From contig CAYQCC010000004.1 in assembly GCA_964415895.1 (NCBI GenBank), positions 243 through 64,242 of the forward strand: a stretch of 64,000 nucleotides of DNA, in the 5' to 3' direction. Position numbers and translations under genes: made by a program. Positions within the stretch are counted from its first letter, which is position 1. The number at the start of each line of letters is the position of its first letter. The stretch is from an uncultured Candidatus Saccharibacteria bacterium. GTDB lineage: Bacteria > Patescibacteriota > Minisyncoccia > Phycocordibacterales > UBA1006. This document shows positions 1 through 10,283 of the stretch, in pieces. Below the pieces are notes generated by a model. The model did no database searches. It was not told the origin of the DNA and was given only the letters and a program-made list of their open reading frames with translations.

Positions 1-68
1 ATACTTAATTTAGTTAGATATGGAGACCCGCCCTTTATGGCCACTTACTCGACGTAAGGGCCTTTCTT

Positions 69-677
69 TTACCTATTTTCTATTGAATGGACATGCATTT
101 GAGTATCAACTAAAATGCGTTCGATCAGTTTTTCAACAGATTTCTGGTTTTGAACCACATATTCAAAGGTTTTTCCACCAATCGAAAGTACATCATCTGT
201 CCAATCCGAGTTCCAGTACCCCAAAATCCCAAGTATTCGCAATTGTACTACTAGTGTGAGAATTCGAGCGTTTTCATCACTTGTTTCCCTATTAAGAATG
301 TGGGTCACGTAGGTTTCATAGGCAGAAAAGACTTCTGGGATAGAAATTCCACTTGGAACAAGCTTCTGGATCATCGAAAAGCTTTGTCGGATCAACATTT
401 TACGGTGTTTCGGAAATCCAGATAATAATCCGTAAACAGGTTTCCATTCTGAAATTCCTGTACATCGGTAATAGTGTTTTCCTTCCACGCAATCTATCAT
501 TACAAAACCGAACATTGTAACCATCATGCGGTGCTTATTCTGAATTTTCTTGGCACCTTGAATATGAACATAGATTCGTCCCAAGTCGCGTGTCAAACAT
601 TCCGCGATTACTGACTCCTCGCCTTCGGGAAAGATATTCATAATGATTCCAAGGGTGGAATGGATTTGGTGAGACAT
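69..677 (-). CDS. recO: DNA repair protein RecO (short CPR type)
   Basis: The N-terminus resembles the RecO OB fold (H...G.I....GEES.I...LTRDLGRI....QGAKK..NK). An extended -10 (TGGTATACT) lies just upstream. Confidence 0.7.
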   Translation of the reverse strand: MSHQIHSTLGIIMNIFPEGEESVIAECLTRDLGRIYVHIQGAKKIQNKHRMMVTMFGFVMIDCVEGKHYYRCTGISEWKPVYGLLSGFPKHRKMLIRQSFSMIQKLVPSGISIPEVFSAYETYVTHILNRETSDENARILTLVVQLRILGILGYWNSDWTDDVLSIGGKTFEYVVQNQKSVEKLIERILVDTQMHVHSIENR

Positions 678-734
678 ACTATAATCAGTATACCATCCGT
701 ATAGGAAATCAAAAAAGCCATGATAGCTTTTTAC

Positions 735-1532
735 TTATAGTAAATTCCTGAATAGCATAACAACCGTAATCGGACCAACGCCGCCTGGAACAGGCGTTAT
801 ATAGGACGCAATTTCGGCACATGAAGGATCGATGTCTCCCGAAAGTTTTCCAGATTGTTCACTGGTTCCTGCGTCGATTAATATAACACCTTGTTTTATC
901 ATGTCTGATTTTATTAAATGAGGAATACCTACTCCTGAAATAATCACGTCTGCATCCTTAATTAATGCGTTTCGCACGTGTTCGTCTGTGCCCTTATTAA
1001 CAACATCAAATGAAATAGCGTCATGGGAAAGCATCATGCCGACAGGTTCACCAACAAGTTTTCCGTTTCCGATCAGTAATACCTTTTTATTATTTAGATC
1101 AATAGACTTGAAAATTTCATCAACAGCAGCGGCAACTGGCGGAGCCTTGTGCGAACTTGAATTCTTGTAATTTAATTTTGCTTGGTCACCCAAAACATCG
1201 ATATCTAATTCTGCAGGAATACTGTTTAAGATAAGTTCAGTATTTATACCAACCGGCAATGGCAATTGAATGATGATTCCGTCATATGATTCGGAAATAA
1301 TCTCTGCAATCTTTTCAAGAGCTATTTCAGTGGAGGTAACATCCTCGTACTGAAATGTTTCTGTATCGATTCCAATACGAGCCGCAACACGTGACTTGAT
1401 TCCAATGAATTGAATACTTGACGCGTCATTTCCAAATAATACAAAAGCAACCCGCTTTTTTGGAAAACTCGATAATTCCTGCGCGAGATCTTGCTCCAAC
1501 ATCTTTGCAATTTGACGTCCGTCAATAATCAT
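735..1532 (-). CDS. folD: Bifunctional methylenetetrahydrofolate dehydrogenase/cyclohydrolase
   Basis: Motifs MIIDGRQIA, GIIIQLPLP, G.GKLVGEP and ITPVPGGVGPITV. Confidence 0.95.
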   Translation of the reverse strand: MIIDGRQIAKMLEQDLAQELSSFPKKRVAFVLFGNDASSIQFIGIKSRVAARIGIDTETFQYEDVTSTEIALEKIAEIISESYDGIIIQLPLPVGINTELILNSIPAELDIDVLGDQAKLNYKNSSSHKAPPVAAAVDEIFKSIDLNNKKVLLIGNGKLVGEPVGMMLSHDAISFDVVNKGTDEHVRNALIKDADVIISGVGIPHLIKSDMIKQGVILIDAGTSEQSGKLSGDIDPSCAEIASYITPVPGGVGPITVVMLFRNLL

Positions 1533-1600
1533 AAGAAGCTGACTATATCAGAAAAACATTTTTTGGGGAACAATCCCTGTTAATTTGATATACTATTGAC

Positions 1601-1918
1601 ATGAAGACATTCAGTGAAAAAATCGTCGAGCTGGCGCTTTCCATTCCAAAGGGCAAAGTCAGTACCTATGGTCATCTGGCGCGTCGTGCTGGCGGCGGTG
1701 GGCAAGCTGCGCGTGCAGTAACAGCAATACTTGGCAAAGCGTACGAACGCGGCGAAAAAGGAATTCCCTTTCATAGAATCGTATACGCGGGCGGGCGTGT
1801 TTGGGCGAATGAAACGTATCGCGGACAACGCATGAAATTATATAAAGAAGAAGGAATTGAAACCGACAACAAAGGATTCATTATTGATTTTGAAGATAAG
1901 TTGTGGAATTTTAAGTAA
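1601..1918 (+). CDS. MGMT-family alkyltransferase-like (ATL) protein
   Basis: Motifs IPKGKVSTYG.LA, ARAV and PFHRIV. The active-site Cys of PCHR is replaced by an aromatic residue, as in non-catalytic ATL proteins. Confidence 0.85.
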   Translation: MKTFSEKIVELALSIPKGKVSTYGHLARRAGGGGQAARAVTAILGKAYERGEKGIPFHRIVYAGGRVWANETYRGQRMKLYKEEGIETDNKGFIIDFEDKLWNFK

Positions 1919-1940
1919 CATAAAAAGCCGTAATGGCTTT

Positions 1941-4900
1941 TTATTGTTTCTCTACTTTATTTTCTGCACTTGCCCAAACAATATTTTCCGCACCAACTGT
2001 TGAAAGTAGTTCGTCTTTCAATTCACTATTAGAAAACCATTGTGGCTCTGGAATTTCAAGGTGAGCAACAACTCGGTCAGATGGCATAAGATCTGCATCT
2101 TTTCGCATATCCTGGATCTGGCGAACCAAATCTCGCATGTCGCCTTCATCACGCAATGTGTCTGTGATTTCTGTGTCAAGTTCTACTGTTCCCTTTTCGA
2201 GTGTTTCCTTTACAACAACTTCTTTTACGTTCAATTCGTCTTTCACAATATCCAAGTAATCACTTGGAAGATCTGATTGTGAAATGAATAATGTTGCCAG
2301 TGGCTGTCGAACTTTTACATTTGATTTTTGTCGCGTTTCAAGTCCGAGCGTTACGATGTCGCGTACTGACTGCATTGGTACAAGCGTATCAGCAACCAAT
2401 GAAAAATCTCTCTTGTTATCAATCCAGTATTCCAAATGAACTGAAATTTCATCACGATCTTCATATCTCACCTTTGCAAATATTTCCTCTGCAATAAACG
2501 GCGTAAATGGCGCCATAGTAATCGCAATATTGCGCAAAATTAACCGCGTCACAACCAGCGCATCAATTCGATCCTGATCATTATCAGACTTGAAACGATC
2601 ACGACTGCGACGGATATACCATGTTGAAAGTTCGTTTATAAATTCACGGATTGCGCGCGCAGGCGTTAAAATATCATATGATTCCAGTCCTGTAGTGACG
2701 ATCTCTGCTAGTTCCTCATATTTTGCCAAGATCCACTTATCGAGAACATTTGTACTGTCATATGCATTGCGCTCGTTAGGACTAGGAAGTTGTGCTGGTT
2801 TATACATTTCATAAAAGCTCACAACATTCATCAGCGGATTAAATACTTTCTTCTTTACTTCATCGAGCGACTTCTCATCAAAGTTCTTTGTTTCACCTGG
2901 TTGGTTCACGCTATAGAACCAGAATCGTGCAACATCCGCTCCGTATTTCTCGAATACTTCCCATGGAGATACAATATTCCCTTTTGACTTTGACATCTTC
3001 GTTCCATCTGCTGCCATCAACAACCCCAAACAAATTACATTTTTATAATTGTTTGTCGGATTGTCATTTAGCAAGTTTGCAATTGCGTGCATGGTATAAA
3101 ACCATCCGCGCGTTTGGTCAACTCCTTCAGAAATGTAATCTGCTGGCAAAGGTTTAAAATCAATTGGCTCACCTAACATATGATTCTGCGCATATGCCAT
3201 TGCACCTGAATCAAACCATACATCCATAATTGCAGACGTACGTGTTAATTTTTCTCCATCAAGCTCGAGTTGAACTTGATCAATATATGGCTTGTGAAAA
3301 TCAAGTTCGTACTGTTCGTTTCTTGGAAGCAATGTGTAATTAATTTCTCGTATTTCTGCATTTTTAAAATTATTGTAGCTTCCTGGAACTTTTATCAAAT
3401 CAGCAAATGTAAATCCTTCCACAATCATTTCGATTGAACGAAGTGAGCTTCCATGTCCAACGATTAAAATATTTTTTCCTTGGTATGTCTTTTCAAATTC
3501 TTCCAACATATGACCAACGCGCGCAATCACCTCTTGGAATGATTCTGCGCCTTCGGATTTGAACGTGTATCGATTTTCCGCAGCATTACGAGCCTGGAAA
3601 AACAATTCTAAATCCTTCCATTGAAATTCTGGTCCGACATTCCATTCCAACATTCGATCGTCAGTTATAATTGCATTTTCATCCATTCCAAGAGTACTGG
3701 CAACGATTTTTGCAGTTTCCTGTGCACGAACGATTGGTGACGCAATGATTAGATCAATCTTTTTACCCTTAAGTGACTCTGCAGATTCAACAACCTGTGT
3801 TTGTCCCAGTTCTGTCAGATGATTATCAGGATTATTTGCAAAATCCCATACACCATATTTAAATCCACCCTCGATATTGCTTTGAGCTTGTCCATGACGC
3901 ATTAGTAAATATTTGTTTCCAGACTTCTTGGAATATTTTTTGATATCTTCAAGTGAGCCGATAACAACGCGCTTTGAAGCATCTGCGGTTTCCCATACAG
4001 GAATCGGAGTTCCCCAGTAACGTTCGCGGGAAATTGCCCAGTCTTTTATTCCATCAAGCCATTCGCCAAAGCGTCCCTCTTTGATATGGTCCGGCTCCCA
4101 GTTGACGTTCTCGTTTGCTGCGAGAAGCTTCTCTCGCAATGAAGACATGCGGAAATACCATGACCCGCGTGCGTAATACAACAAAGGCGTATTACATCGC
4201 CAGCAGTGCGGATAGCTGTGCAAGTAGTTTTCTTTCTTAAACAGTAAATTTCTGTCTGTTAGGTCATTGATGATATCGATCGCAAGTGTCGGCTTTCCAG
4301 ATTCATCACTTTGTTTTACATAGCGACCTGACAATTTTAGTGTATCTGTATCGCATCCGCTGAGATACTTTCCTTCCTCATTAACGACATGGAACTTTGG
4401 CAAATTATATTTCGTTCCGAGTTCAAAATCGTCCGCTCCGTACATGGGCGCAATATGAACGATTCCGGTTCCGTCAGTCGTCGTCACGAAATCTGCAGCA
4501 TACACCTGGAATGCGTTTTCAAGTTTTGATTTTTGATCTGCTGGAAGTAAGTTTGAAAGAAATGGAAAAAGTGGTTCGTATTTCAGACCAACTAAATCTT
4601 TTCCTTTAAAATTAGCTACGCATATTGATTTAAAAATATAATCATCTTCGTTCGAAGTTCCTTTTCTCTGTTCAATTCTCAAACCTATTGGATAATCAGC
4701 ACGTTCTGGAACATTTGGAAAACCGAATACTTTATGTACTAAATTAGAAGCTAAAATATAACGACCTGTTGGGATTGAGTCACTTTTAATAACGTCCCAA
4801 GCAGAATATTCAATCTCGCCCCCAACAGCAAGCGCAACATTTCCTGGAAGCGTCCATGGAGTGGTTGTCCAAGCTAGAATATGAGTACTATCGTCAATTT

Positions 4901-5609
4901 CAAATTCTCCAATTTTCCGTCCTTGTTCTACTTTAAATTTCACATATGCCGTCACATCTTTCACGTCTTGATATGCACCTGGCTGATTCAATTCATGACT
5001 AGATAAAGCTGTTCCGCATCGTGGACACCATGGAAGAATTTTAAAATCTTTAAATATCAAGTCGTTTCCTGCAGTATCTTTTCGTTCAGAAACTTTCTTA
5101 ACAATTCCCCACAAAGCCTCGATATATCCATTTTCATAAGTAATATACGGACGCTCCATATCCAACCAATAACCCATACGGTCAGTTAACGTTTCCCATT
5201 CATGTTTATATTCCCAAACACTTTCTTTACATTTTTTATTATATGCAGCCACACCGTATACTTCAATTTCCTTTTTTGATTTCAATCCCAGTTGTTTTTC
5301 AACTTGAAGTTCCACTGGAAGTCCGTGCGTATCCCAACCGGCTTTTCGTTGCACATTAAATCCACGCATTGTTTTAAAACGCGGAATAATATCTTTGAAC
5401 GAACGAGCGCCGACATGGTGAATTCCTGGTCGACCATTTGCTGTCGGCGGTCCTTCAAAGAACACGAAGTCACCTTGTGTAGATTCCTTTGCAAGAGTCT
5501 TATTGAAAATCTGATTGTCTTTCCAGTACTGCAAAATTGCCTCTTCGCGAAGTGCGGTTTCTGATTTTTCCAGATTTTCTGGAATGAAATTGTTTGGGTT
5601 TGAGTTCAT
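1941..5609 (-). CDS. ileS: Isoleucine--tRNA ligase (type 2) with an inserted histidine-phosphatase domain
   Basis: Motifs EGPPTANG, GIHH, GWDTHGLPVE, WTTTPWTLP, DWAISR.RYWG and KMSKSKGN. Start moved to ATG 5609 because the upstream extension is the T-box leader. Confidence 0.95.
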   Translation of the reverse strand: MNSNPNNFIPENLEKSETALREEAILQYWKDNQIFNKTLAKESTQGDFVFFEGPPTANGRPGIHHVGARSFKDIIPRFKTMRGFNVQRKAGWDTHGLPVELQVEKQLGLKSKKEIEVYGVAAYNKKCKESVWEYKHEWETLTDRMGYWLDMERPYITYENGYIEALWGIVKKVSERKDTAGNDLIFKDFKILPWCPRCGTALSSHELNQPGAYQDVKDVTAYVKFKVEQGRKIGEFEIDDSTHILAWTTTPWTLPGNVALAVGGEIEYSAWDVIKSDSIPTGRYILASNLVHKVFGFPNVPERADYPIGLRIEQRKGTSNEDDYIFKSICVANFKGKDLVGLKYEPLFPFLSNLLPADQKSKLENAFQVYAADFVTTTDGTGIVHIAPMYGADDFELGTKYNLPKFHVVNEEGKYLSGCDTDTLKLSGRYVKQSDESGKPTLAIDIINDLTDRNLLFKKENYLHSYPHCWRCNTPLLYYARGSWYFRMSSLREKLLAANENVNWEPDHIKEGRFGEWLDGIKDWAISRERYWGTPIPVWETADASKRVVIGSLEDIKKYSKKSGNKYLLMRHGQAQSNIEGGFKYGVWDFANNPDNHLTELGQTQVVESAESLKGKKIDLIIASPIVRAQETAKIVASTLGMDENAIITDDRMLEWNVGPEFQWKDLELFFQARNAAENRYTFKSEGAESFQEVIARVGHMLEEFEKTYQGKNILIVGHGSSLRSIEMIVEGFTFADLIKVPGSYNNFKNAEIREINYTLLPRNEQYELDFHKPYIDQVQLELDGEKLTRTSAIMDVWFDSGAMAYAQNHMLGEPIDFKPLPADYISEGVDQTRGWFYTMHAIANLLNDNPTNNYKNVICLGLLMAADGTKMSKSKGNIVSPWEVFEKYGADVARFWFYSVNQPGETKNFDEKSLDEVKKKVFNPLMNVVSFYEMYKPAQLPSPNERNAYDSTNVLDKWILAKYEELAEIVTTGLESYDILTPARAIREFINELSTWYIRRSRDRFKSDNDQDRIDALVVTRLILRNIAITMAPFTPFIAEEIFAKVRYEDRDEISVHLEYWIDNKRDFSLVADTLVPMQSVRDIVTLGLETRQKSNVKVRQPLATLFISQSDLPSDYLDIVKDELNVKEVVVKETLEKGTVELDTEITDTLRDEGDMRDLVRQIQDMRKDADLMPSDRVVAHLEIPEPQWFSNSELKDELLSTVGAENIVWASAENKVEKQ

Positions 5610-5642
5610 AATAATAAATTGAAGCTTATAAATTGGGTAACG

Positions 5643-5860
5643 AAAAAAACTCGTCTCTGCGCGCGGCAAAAGTGCCGTGAGCAAGGACGAGTTTTCTGTA
5701 AGAAATCGTGGTACCACCTTGGTTTGAAGCGGGAAAATTGCGAAGCAATTTTCCCGCTTCCTTATTGCAGCTGTGACAGGCTTACCTGTTGGATTCTACG
5801 TCCGTTCAAAGCGGATTTCTTTCCAAAGCTCCAGAGTGATTAGCTCTTTCATAGCGTCGT
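5643..5860 (-). promoter_or_regulatory. T-box riboswitch leader of ileS
   Basis: The minus strand carries the T-box sequence AAGGTGGTACCACG (about 5707-5720), the antiterminator partner CTCGTCCTT and a terminator AAAACTCGTC...GACGAGTTTTTT. A candidate AUC specifier lies in GAAATC near 5815. Confidence 0.8.
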
Positions 5861-5919
5861 GGAATGAGTATAGCACAGATTGGCAAGGATTCAAGACAGT
5901 ATGATATACTTATACCATT

Positions 5920-6105
5920 ATGAATATCATCACAGCCGTATTATTTATATTTATCGTGTGTGTCGTCTTGATTTCTATTGCCTTGATTTGGCACTGGAAA
6001 AAGTTTATGCCAGAATCTGGAAAAGGAGCAGGAATCTTTACGATCTACATGCTTGGACTTGCCGTACTTATTATGGCGCTCTTTACTACTATTAGCGCTT
6101 TGTAA
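5920..6105 (+). CDS. Small two-TM membrane protein
   Basis: 61 aa with two hydrophobic segments, directly upstream of the PH-domain gene. Confidence 0.6.
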   Translation: MNIITAVLFIFIVCVVLISIALIWHWKKFMPESGKGAGIFTIYMLGLAVLIMALFTTISAL

Positions 6106-6120
6106 TTAATAATATATATT

Positions 6121-6648
6121 ATGAAAACTTTTGAACTTGGACAAGACGAACATATCGTCGCAATATTCCGCAAACACCCATTTTATATTTGGATTTCAAT
6201 TGCAAAATATATTTTAATTGCAGTACTACCTGCACTTGCAAGTGCGTTTATTGGAAACATTCTTGGTGATTATTCTGAATATGCATTTGCAGCATATCTG
6301 ATATTTCTAATCATTCTTTGGATCTCCTTTTTTATCGAGTACACAGACTTTATGTTAGACACATGGGTTCTGACTAACGAGCGATTAGTAGATGTCGATC
6401 AGCTTTCGCTATTTTCTCGACGTATTTCAACATTATCTCTTGATCGAATTCAGGATATTACTATTCAGCAAATTGGATTTGTGGATACCATGCTTGGTAT
6501 TGGAACTGTCTTTATCCAAACCGCTGGAGCCGAGGACGAATTTAAAATCCTCGGCATGCGAGATCCAGGCCACGTGAAAGACATTATTATGCAGACGTAT
6601 CAGGCAAGTAAGGATCGTGTATTTGAAAAGATTGCAGAATTGCGCTAG
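6121..6648 (+). CDS. Membrane protein with bacterial PH (bPH_2) domain
   Basis: Two TM segments followed by LTNERLVD...L.LDRIQDI...G.GTV.IQTAG. Confidence 0.85.
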   Translation: MKTFELGQDEHIVAIFRKHPFYIWISIAKYILIAVLPALASAFIGNILGDYSEYAFAAYLIFLIILWISFFIEYTDFMLDTWVLTNERLVDVDQLSLFSRRISTLSLDRIQDITIQQIGFVDTMLGIGTVFIQTAGAEDEFKILGMRDPGHVKDIIMQTYQASKDRVFEKIAELR

Positions 6649-6778
6649 GAGTACTACTTTACTTGCATAAAGCACCATTGTGTGCGATACTACGCGTATG
6701 TATTTCTTGTGCCCGGCCGTGTAAACGTCAGTGCTGATTAATACGGTCGAGTTTTTTATATGGATATCTCTCCAAACT

Positions 6779-7123
6779 ATGTCAAATAATTTGTATGTAA
6801 GTTCCCTAGCTTGGGCAACTACTGATGAATCTTTGCGTGATTACTTTGCCACTATCGGTGAAGTAAAAAGCGCTAGTGTAATCAAGGACAAAATGTCAGG
6901 ACGTTCACGTGGATTCGGATTCGTAGAAATGGCAACAGAAGAAGACGCTGCTAAAGCTGTCGAAATGTTGAATGATACAGATCTAGAAGGCCGCACAATT
7001 CGAGTTGCAATCGCGCAACCTCGAGAAGAACGACCTCGACGTGAGTTCAATAACGGTCCTCGAGAAGGTGGATACAATGGTGGAAATCGTGACGAACGAT
7101 CAAACCATTCATCTTCTTACTAA
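6779..7123 (+). CDS. RRM RNA-binding protein
   Basis: RNP2 (LYVSSL), RNP1 (RGFGFVEM) and a Gly/Arg-rich tail. Start taken at MSNNL. Confidence 0.93.
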   Translation: MSNNLYVSSLAWATTDESLRDYFATIGEVKSASVIKDKMSGRSRGFGFVEMATEEDAAKAVEMLNDTDLEGRTIRVAIAQPREERPRREFNNGPREGGYNGGNRDERSNHSSSY

Positions 7124-7229
7124 GGCTGAAAACAATTAACTGCTGAAAGGCAGTTTTTTGTTATCTCCATTTTTGTATATGAAAACAGCTACCGAGATTG
7201 GTAACTGTTTATAAATCTTTTTTAAAACA

Positions 7230-8345
7230 TTAAATTGTAATTTTAATTGCTTCAAGGAGCTTATTGCTCAGACTTTCGGCTGATGACAAGCTAATAGTAG
7301 CACCTGCTGCATTCCCATGCCCGCTTCCACCAAAGCGCTCCGCAAGTCTTAATGCAAATCCGTCAGCAGACCGGTAGGACCTGATGCTTAGCCGATATGT
7401 ACCCTTTGGTTCTGTTAGAAGATGAACACCTATTATAAGTACGTTAATTCCACCATATTCTGATAATGCCTCAATTCCCGTATGCGTATCAACGGATTGT
7501 GGAGCCGACGCTTCATGCCTCATTTCTTTGTCCAATACGAATCTAAGTTCGCCTGCAGCAATCACGTCATCCTGGTTCAATATGCTGATTCCGAAACCAG
7601 TTTGAGCAATATGATAAACGTGCAGATTTTCTAAAATCTTCTTTCTGGTCGACAATTCGTAAAAACTGCCGGACACATTCATCTCATCGATAATGCTCGT
7701 CGATTTGCTGATTTCGTACAGCATGGCAAACAGAGCAAGCGCTTCCGGATTCTTTGACGAATTAGCGAACTTGTCAGTATCGGTCCAGATACCGACCTGT
7801 AGCAACTCGCACACTTGGTGCGTTAGAAGTGCTTGGTTATGCAGGTACAGCATTTTTGCCAAGATGTGGCATGTTGAGGATGCGTCAGTCTCAATGAACT
7901 TATTAGAATCATCAATAAAGAACATATTATTCCTATCATGATGATCAATAGCAATGACTTTCTTTCCCTTTCCAACAAATGACACTATCTCTGCATCCTT
8001 AACACCGATTCGGTCATAACTTGAACAATCAAGGATAACCAAGGTATCAGGCTTGGAATACCGATCGTACATGTATTCGTATATGCTTTTGTCCGTAACA
8101 TTGTGCTTTTGAATGTATTCAGACAAATAGGTAAATTTGCTCTGAGCTCCTGACGGACCCCACAGCATGGTTACCTTTTTCCCAAGCGAAGTTAATACTT
8201 CAGCCAAGGCAAGATTGCTCGCAAGACTATCCGCATCGGGATACTGGTGACATGAAAGCAAGAAATGTGTACCCGAGTCGATCATTCTTTGAAAGAAAGA
8301 TTTGTACTTAGATGTTTCTGCGACTGTGAATGTTAGTTCTACCAT
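7230..8345 (-). CDS. DHH/DHHA1 phosphoesterase (NrnA-like)
   Basis: Motifs H..PDADS, ILD, IDHH, TDT and GGSGH..AAG. Confidence 0.85.
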   Translation of the reverse strand: MVELTFTVAETSKYKSFFQRMIDSGTHFLLSCHQYPDADSLASNLALAEVLTSLGKKVTMLWGPSGAQSKFTYLSEYIQKHNVTDKSIYEYMYDRYSKPDTLVILDCSSYDRIGVKDAEIVSFVGKGKKVIAIDHHDRNNMFFIDDSNKFIETDASSTCHILAKMLYLHNQALLTHQVCELLQVGIWTDTDKFANSSKNPEALALFAMLYEISKSTSIIDEMNVSGSFYELSTRKKILENLHVYHIAQTGFGISILNQDDVIAAGELRFVLDKEMRHEASAPQSVDTHTGIEALSEYGGINVLIIGVHLLTEPKGTYRLSIRSYRSADGFALRLAERFGGSGHGNAAGATISLSSAESLSNKLLEAIKITI

Positions 8346-8435
8346 TGTTGTTGTTTATTTTTAGATTATTTCTGTGCGCACATTACCATATCAATCCATG
8401 AAGTCAAATTAAAAAACCTTCGCAGGCTTTTTAAT

Positions 8436-10235
8436 TTACATTCTGTCTGGTGCCTCAATTGCAAGTAATTGAAGACCATTTTTAATCACAATCTGGGTTG
8501 CTCGAGCTATCGCTAAACGATGTGATGACATTTCTGGATTCTCTGTATCAATAATTTTGTTCGCTCCGTAAAACGAATTGAACGATCGAGCAACTTCCAA
8601 TAAATACGTGACAATATAATTGGGCGCATATTCGGTAATTGCAGATTCGACGACTTCTGGAAATCGGTAGAGTATTTTCTCGATATCAGATATTTCGTTG
8701 CCGTCTTTTATTTCTGCTGCAATATTTTGTTCTAACCCTTTATCAAGCAACGTTTGAATTCGTGCGTGTGTATACTGCAGGTATGGTCCGGAATCACCTT
8801 CAAATGACAAACTTGTTTCTGGGTCAAAATTAATATTCATTCCAGGTTTTGCACGTAAGATTGCAAACTTGATTGCACCAATTGCGATTCTTTCACAGAC
8901 ATAATCAATATTTGCATAATTTGAATCTCGGTGCAGCATTTTTGTTTTAACCTCTAATGCAACATCTTCAATCATTTCTGCTGCTGGTGGTACACCACCC
9001 AGTCGTGACGACATCTTTTGTCCCTTGAATAACATACGCCCATGTGGAACATGCTCGCTTTTTTCTACTGCGCCATAGATTACATCTCCGTGATTCTTTT
9101 TTTCTTTCTCTATATCAGCATACGCTGCTAAAACGATGTTAAAATGAGGAATCTGTTCATGATCTGTTACAAAAATAGAAAGATCGGGACTGAATCGTTC
9201 AAACTTAAGATCTATAAGTCCAAGATCTTTTGCTTCGTATGTTGGATTGCTCTGACTGTTTATAAAAACAGAAGTATTAATATCTTTTCGCAATTCATCA
9301 GGAATATAAACAATCGCTCCTTCGCTTTTTACAAAAACAGAAGGCGTATAATCTTCTACGATTCTTTTTCCCTGAATCCCCGATTCGCTTTCAAAAATAA
9401 AGTGATCGATTTCTGTTTCGAGTTTGTCTTTAAGGAATGAAAATAGATACGTTCTAGACGCATTACTAAATTTCAAATACAAATCTGTCCACAAATATTT
9501 TTCCAGCTCATCTTTCGGATAATCTTTTGAAGTACCTAAATAATTAGAAGTATAGTCATAAAGAACGTCAGCAATTTCTTTCACTTTAGTCTTAACGTCG
9601 TCGGAATCGTCATATAAACGAGTACCTACTACATATGCATCGCCAGCAATTATTGCGTTATCAAAACCTGATTCTTCTGACATACGGCTAATAGTGAGCG
9701 AATCATAATAAAGAGCGTATACCGCCTTTGCAACACCTAAAGAAATGTCTGACGGAAATGACATGGTGGTCACCCTTGCACCACTTGCTCGCATTAAACG
9801 CACTAATGATTCGCCAATTGCATTGTTCATCATGTGCCCAATGTGAAACGGCTTGAACAGGTTTGGACTTGAATGTTCAATTAATATATTTTTACCGGCA
9901 TGTATTTCAAGATTTCCAAAACTATCTTCTGCGGTAATAATTTCTTTCATTGATTGCGTAAAGAATTCTGGAACAAGTTTAAAATTAATGAAACCAGGAC
10001 CTGCAATTTCGATAGATTCAATTTCTGGAACGTTTTGATTGTTTATCTCTGCGACAATCATTTCGGCAACTTCGCGTGGATTTTTACCCAAAGTTTTAGA
10101 TGCAGCCATGGCAACGTTGGTTGCATAATCACCGCGAGATAGATCGGTTGGATGTTCAACAACAAAAGAAACCCCTGAAATATCAAGGTTTTGTAATGCT
10201 TTTTCTATTGCTGCGCGAATACCTGTCGAAATCAT
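8436..10235 (-). CDS. argS: Arginine--tRNA ligase
   Basis: Motifs GDYATN.A, AGPGFINF, SPN..KPFHIGH, KMSSR and GDSGPYLQYTHAR. Start taken at MISTG. Confidence 0.95.
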   Translation of the reverse strand: MISTGIRAAIEKALQNLDISGVSFVVEHPTDLSRGDYATNVAMAASKTLGKNPREVAEMIVAEINNQNVPEIESIEIAGPGFINFKLVPEFFTQSMKEIITAEDSFGNLEIHAGKNILIEHSSPNLFKPFHIGHMMNNAIGESLVRLMRASGARVTTMSFPSDISLGVAKAVYALYYDSLTISRMSEESGFDNAIIAGDAYVVGTRLYDDSDDVKTKVKEIADVLYDYTSNYLGTSKDYPKDELEKYLWTDLYLKFSNASRTYLFSFLKDKLETEIDHFIFESESGIQGKRIVEDYTPSVFVKSEGAIVYIPDELRKDINTSVFINSQSNPTYEAKDLGLIDLKFERFSPDLSIFVTDHEQIPHFNIVLAAYADIEKEKKNHGDVIYGAVEKSEHVPHGRMLFKGQKMSSRLGGVPPAAEMIEDVALEVKTKMLHRDSNYANIDYVCERIAIGAIKFAILRAKPGMNINFDPETSLSFEGDSGPYLQYTHARIQTLLDKGLEQNIAAEIKDGNEISDIEKILYRFPEVVESAITEYAPNYIVTYLLEVARSFNSFYGANKIIDTENPEMSSHRLAIARATQIVIKNGLQLLAIEAPDRM

Positions 10236-10283
10236 AATATCCAGAGTGTAACATAAAAGCCTCAAAAATGAAGCTTTTATTGA

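Noticed and set aside
5610-5717. N-terminal extension of ileS in the ORF track
   Set aside because: It overlaps the T-box antiterminator/terminator, so the real start is probably ATG 5609.
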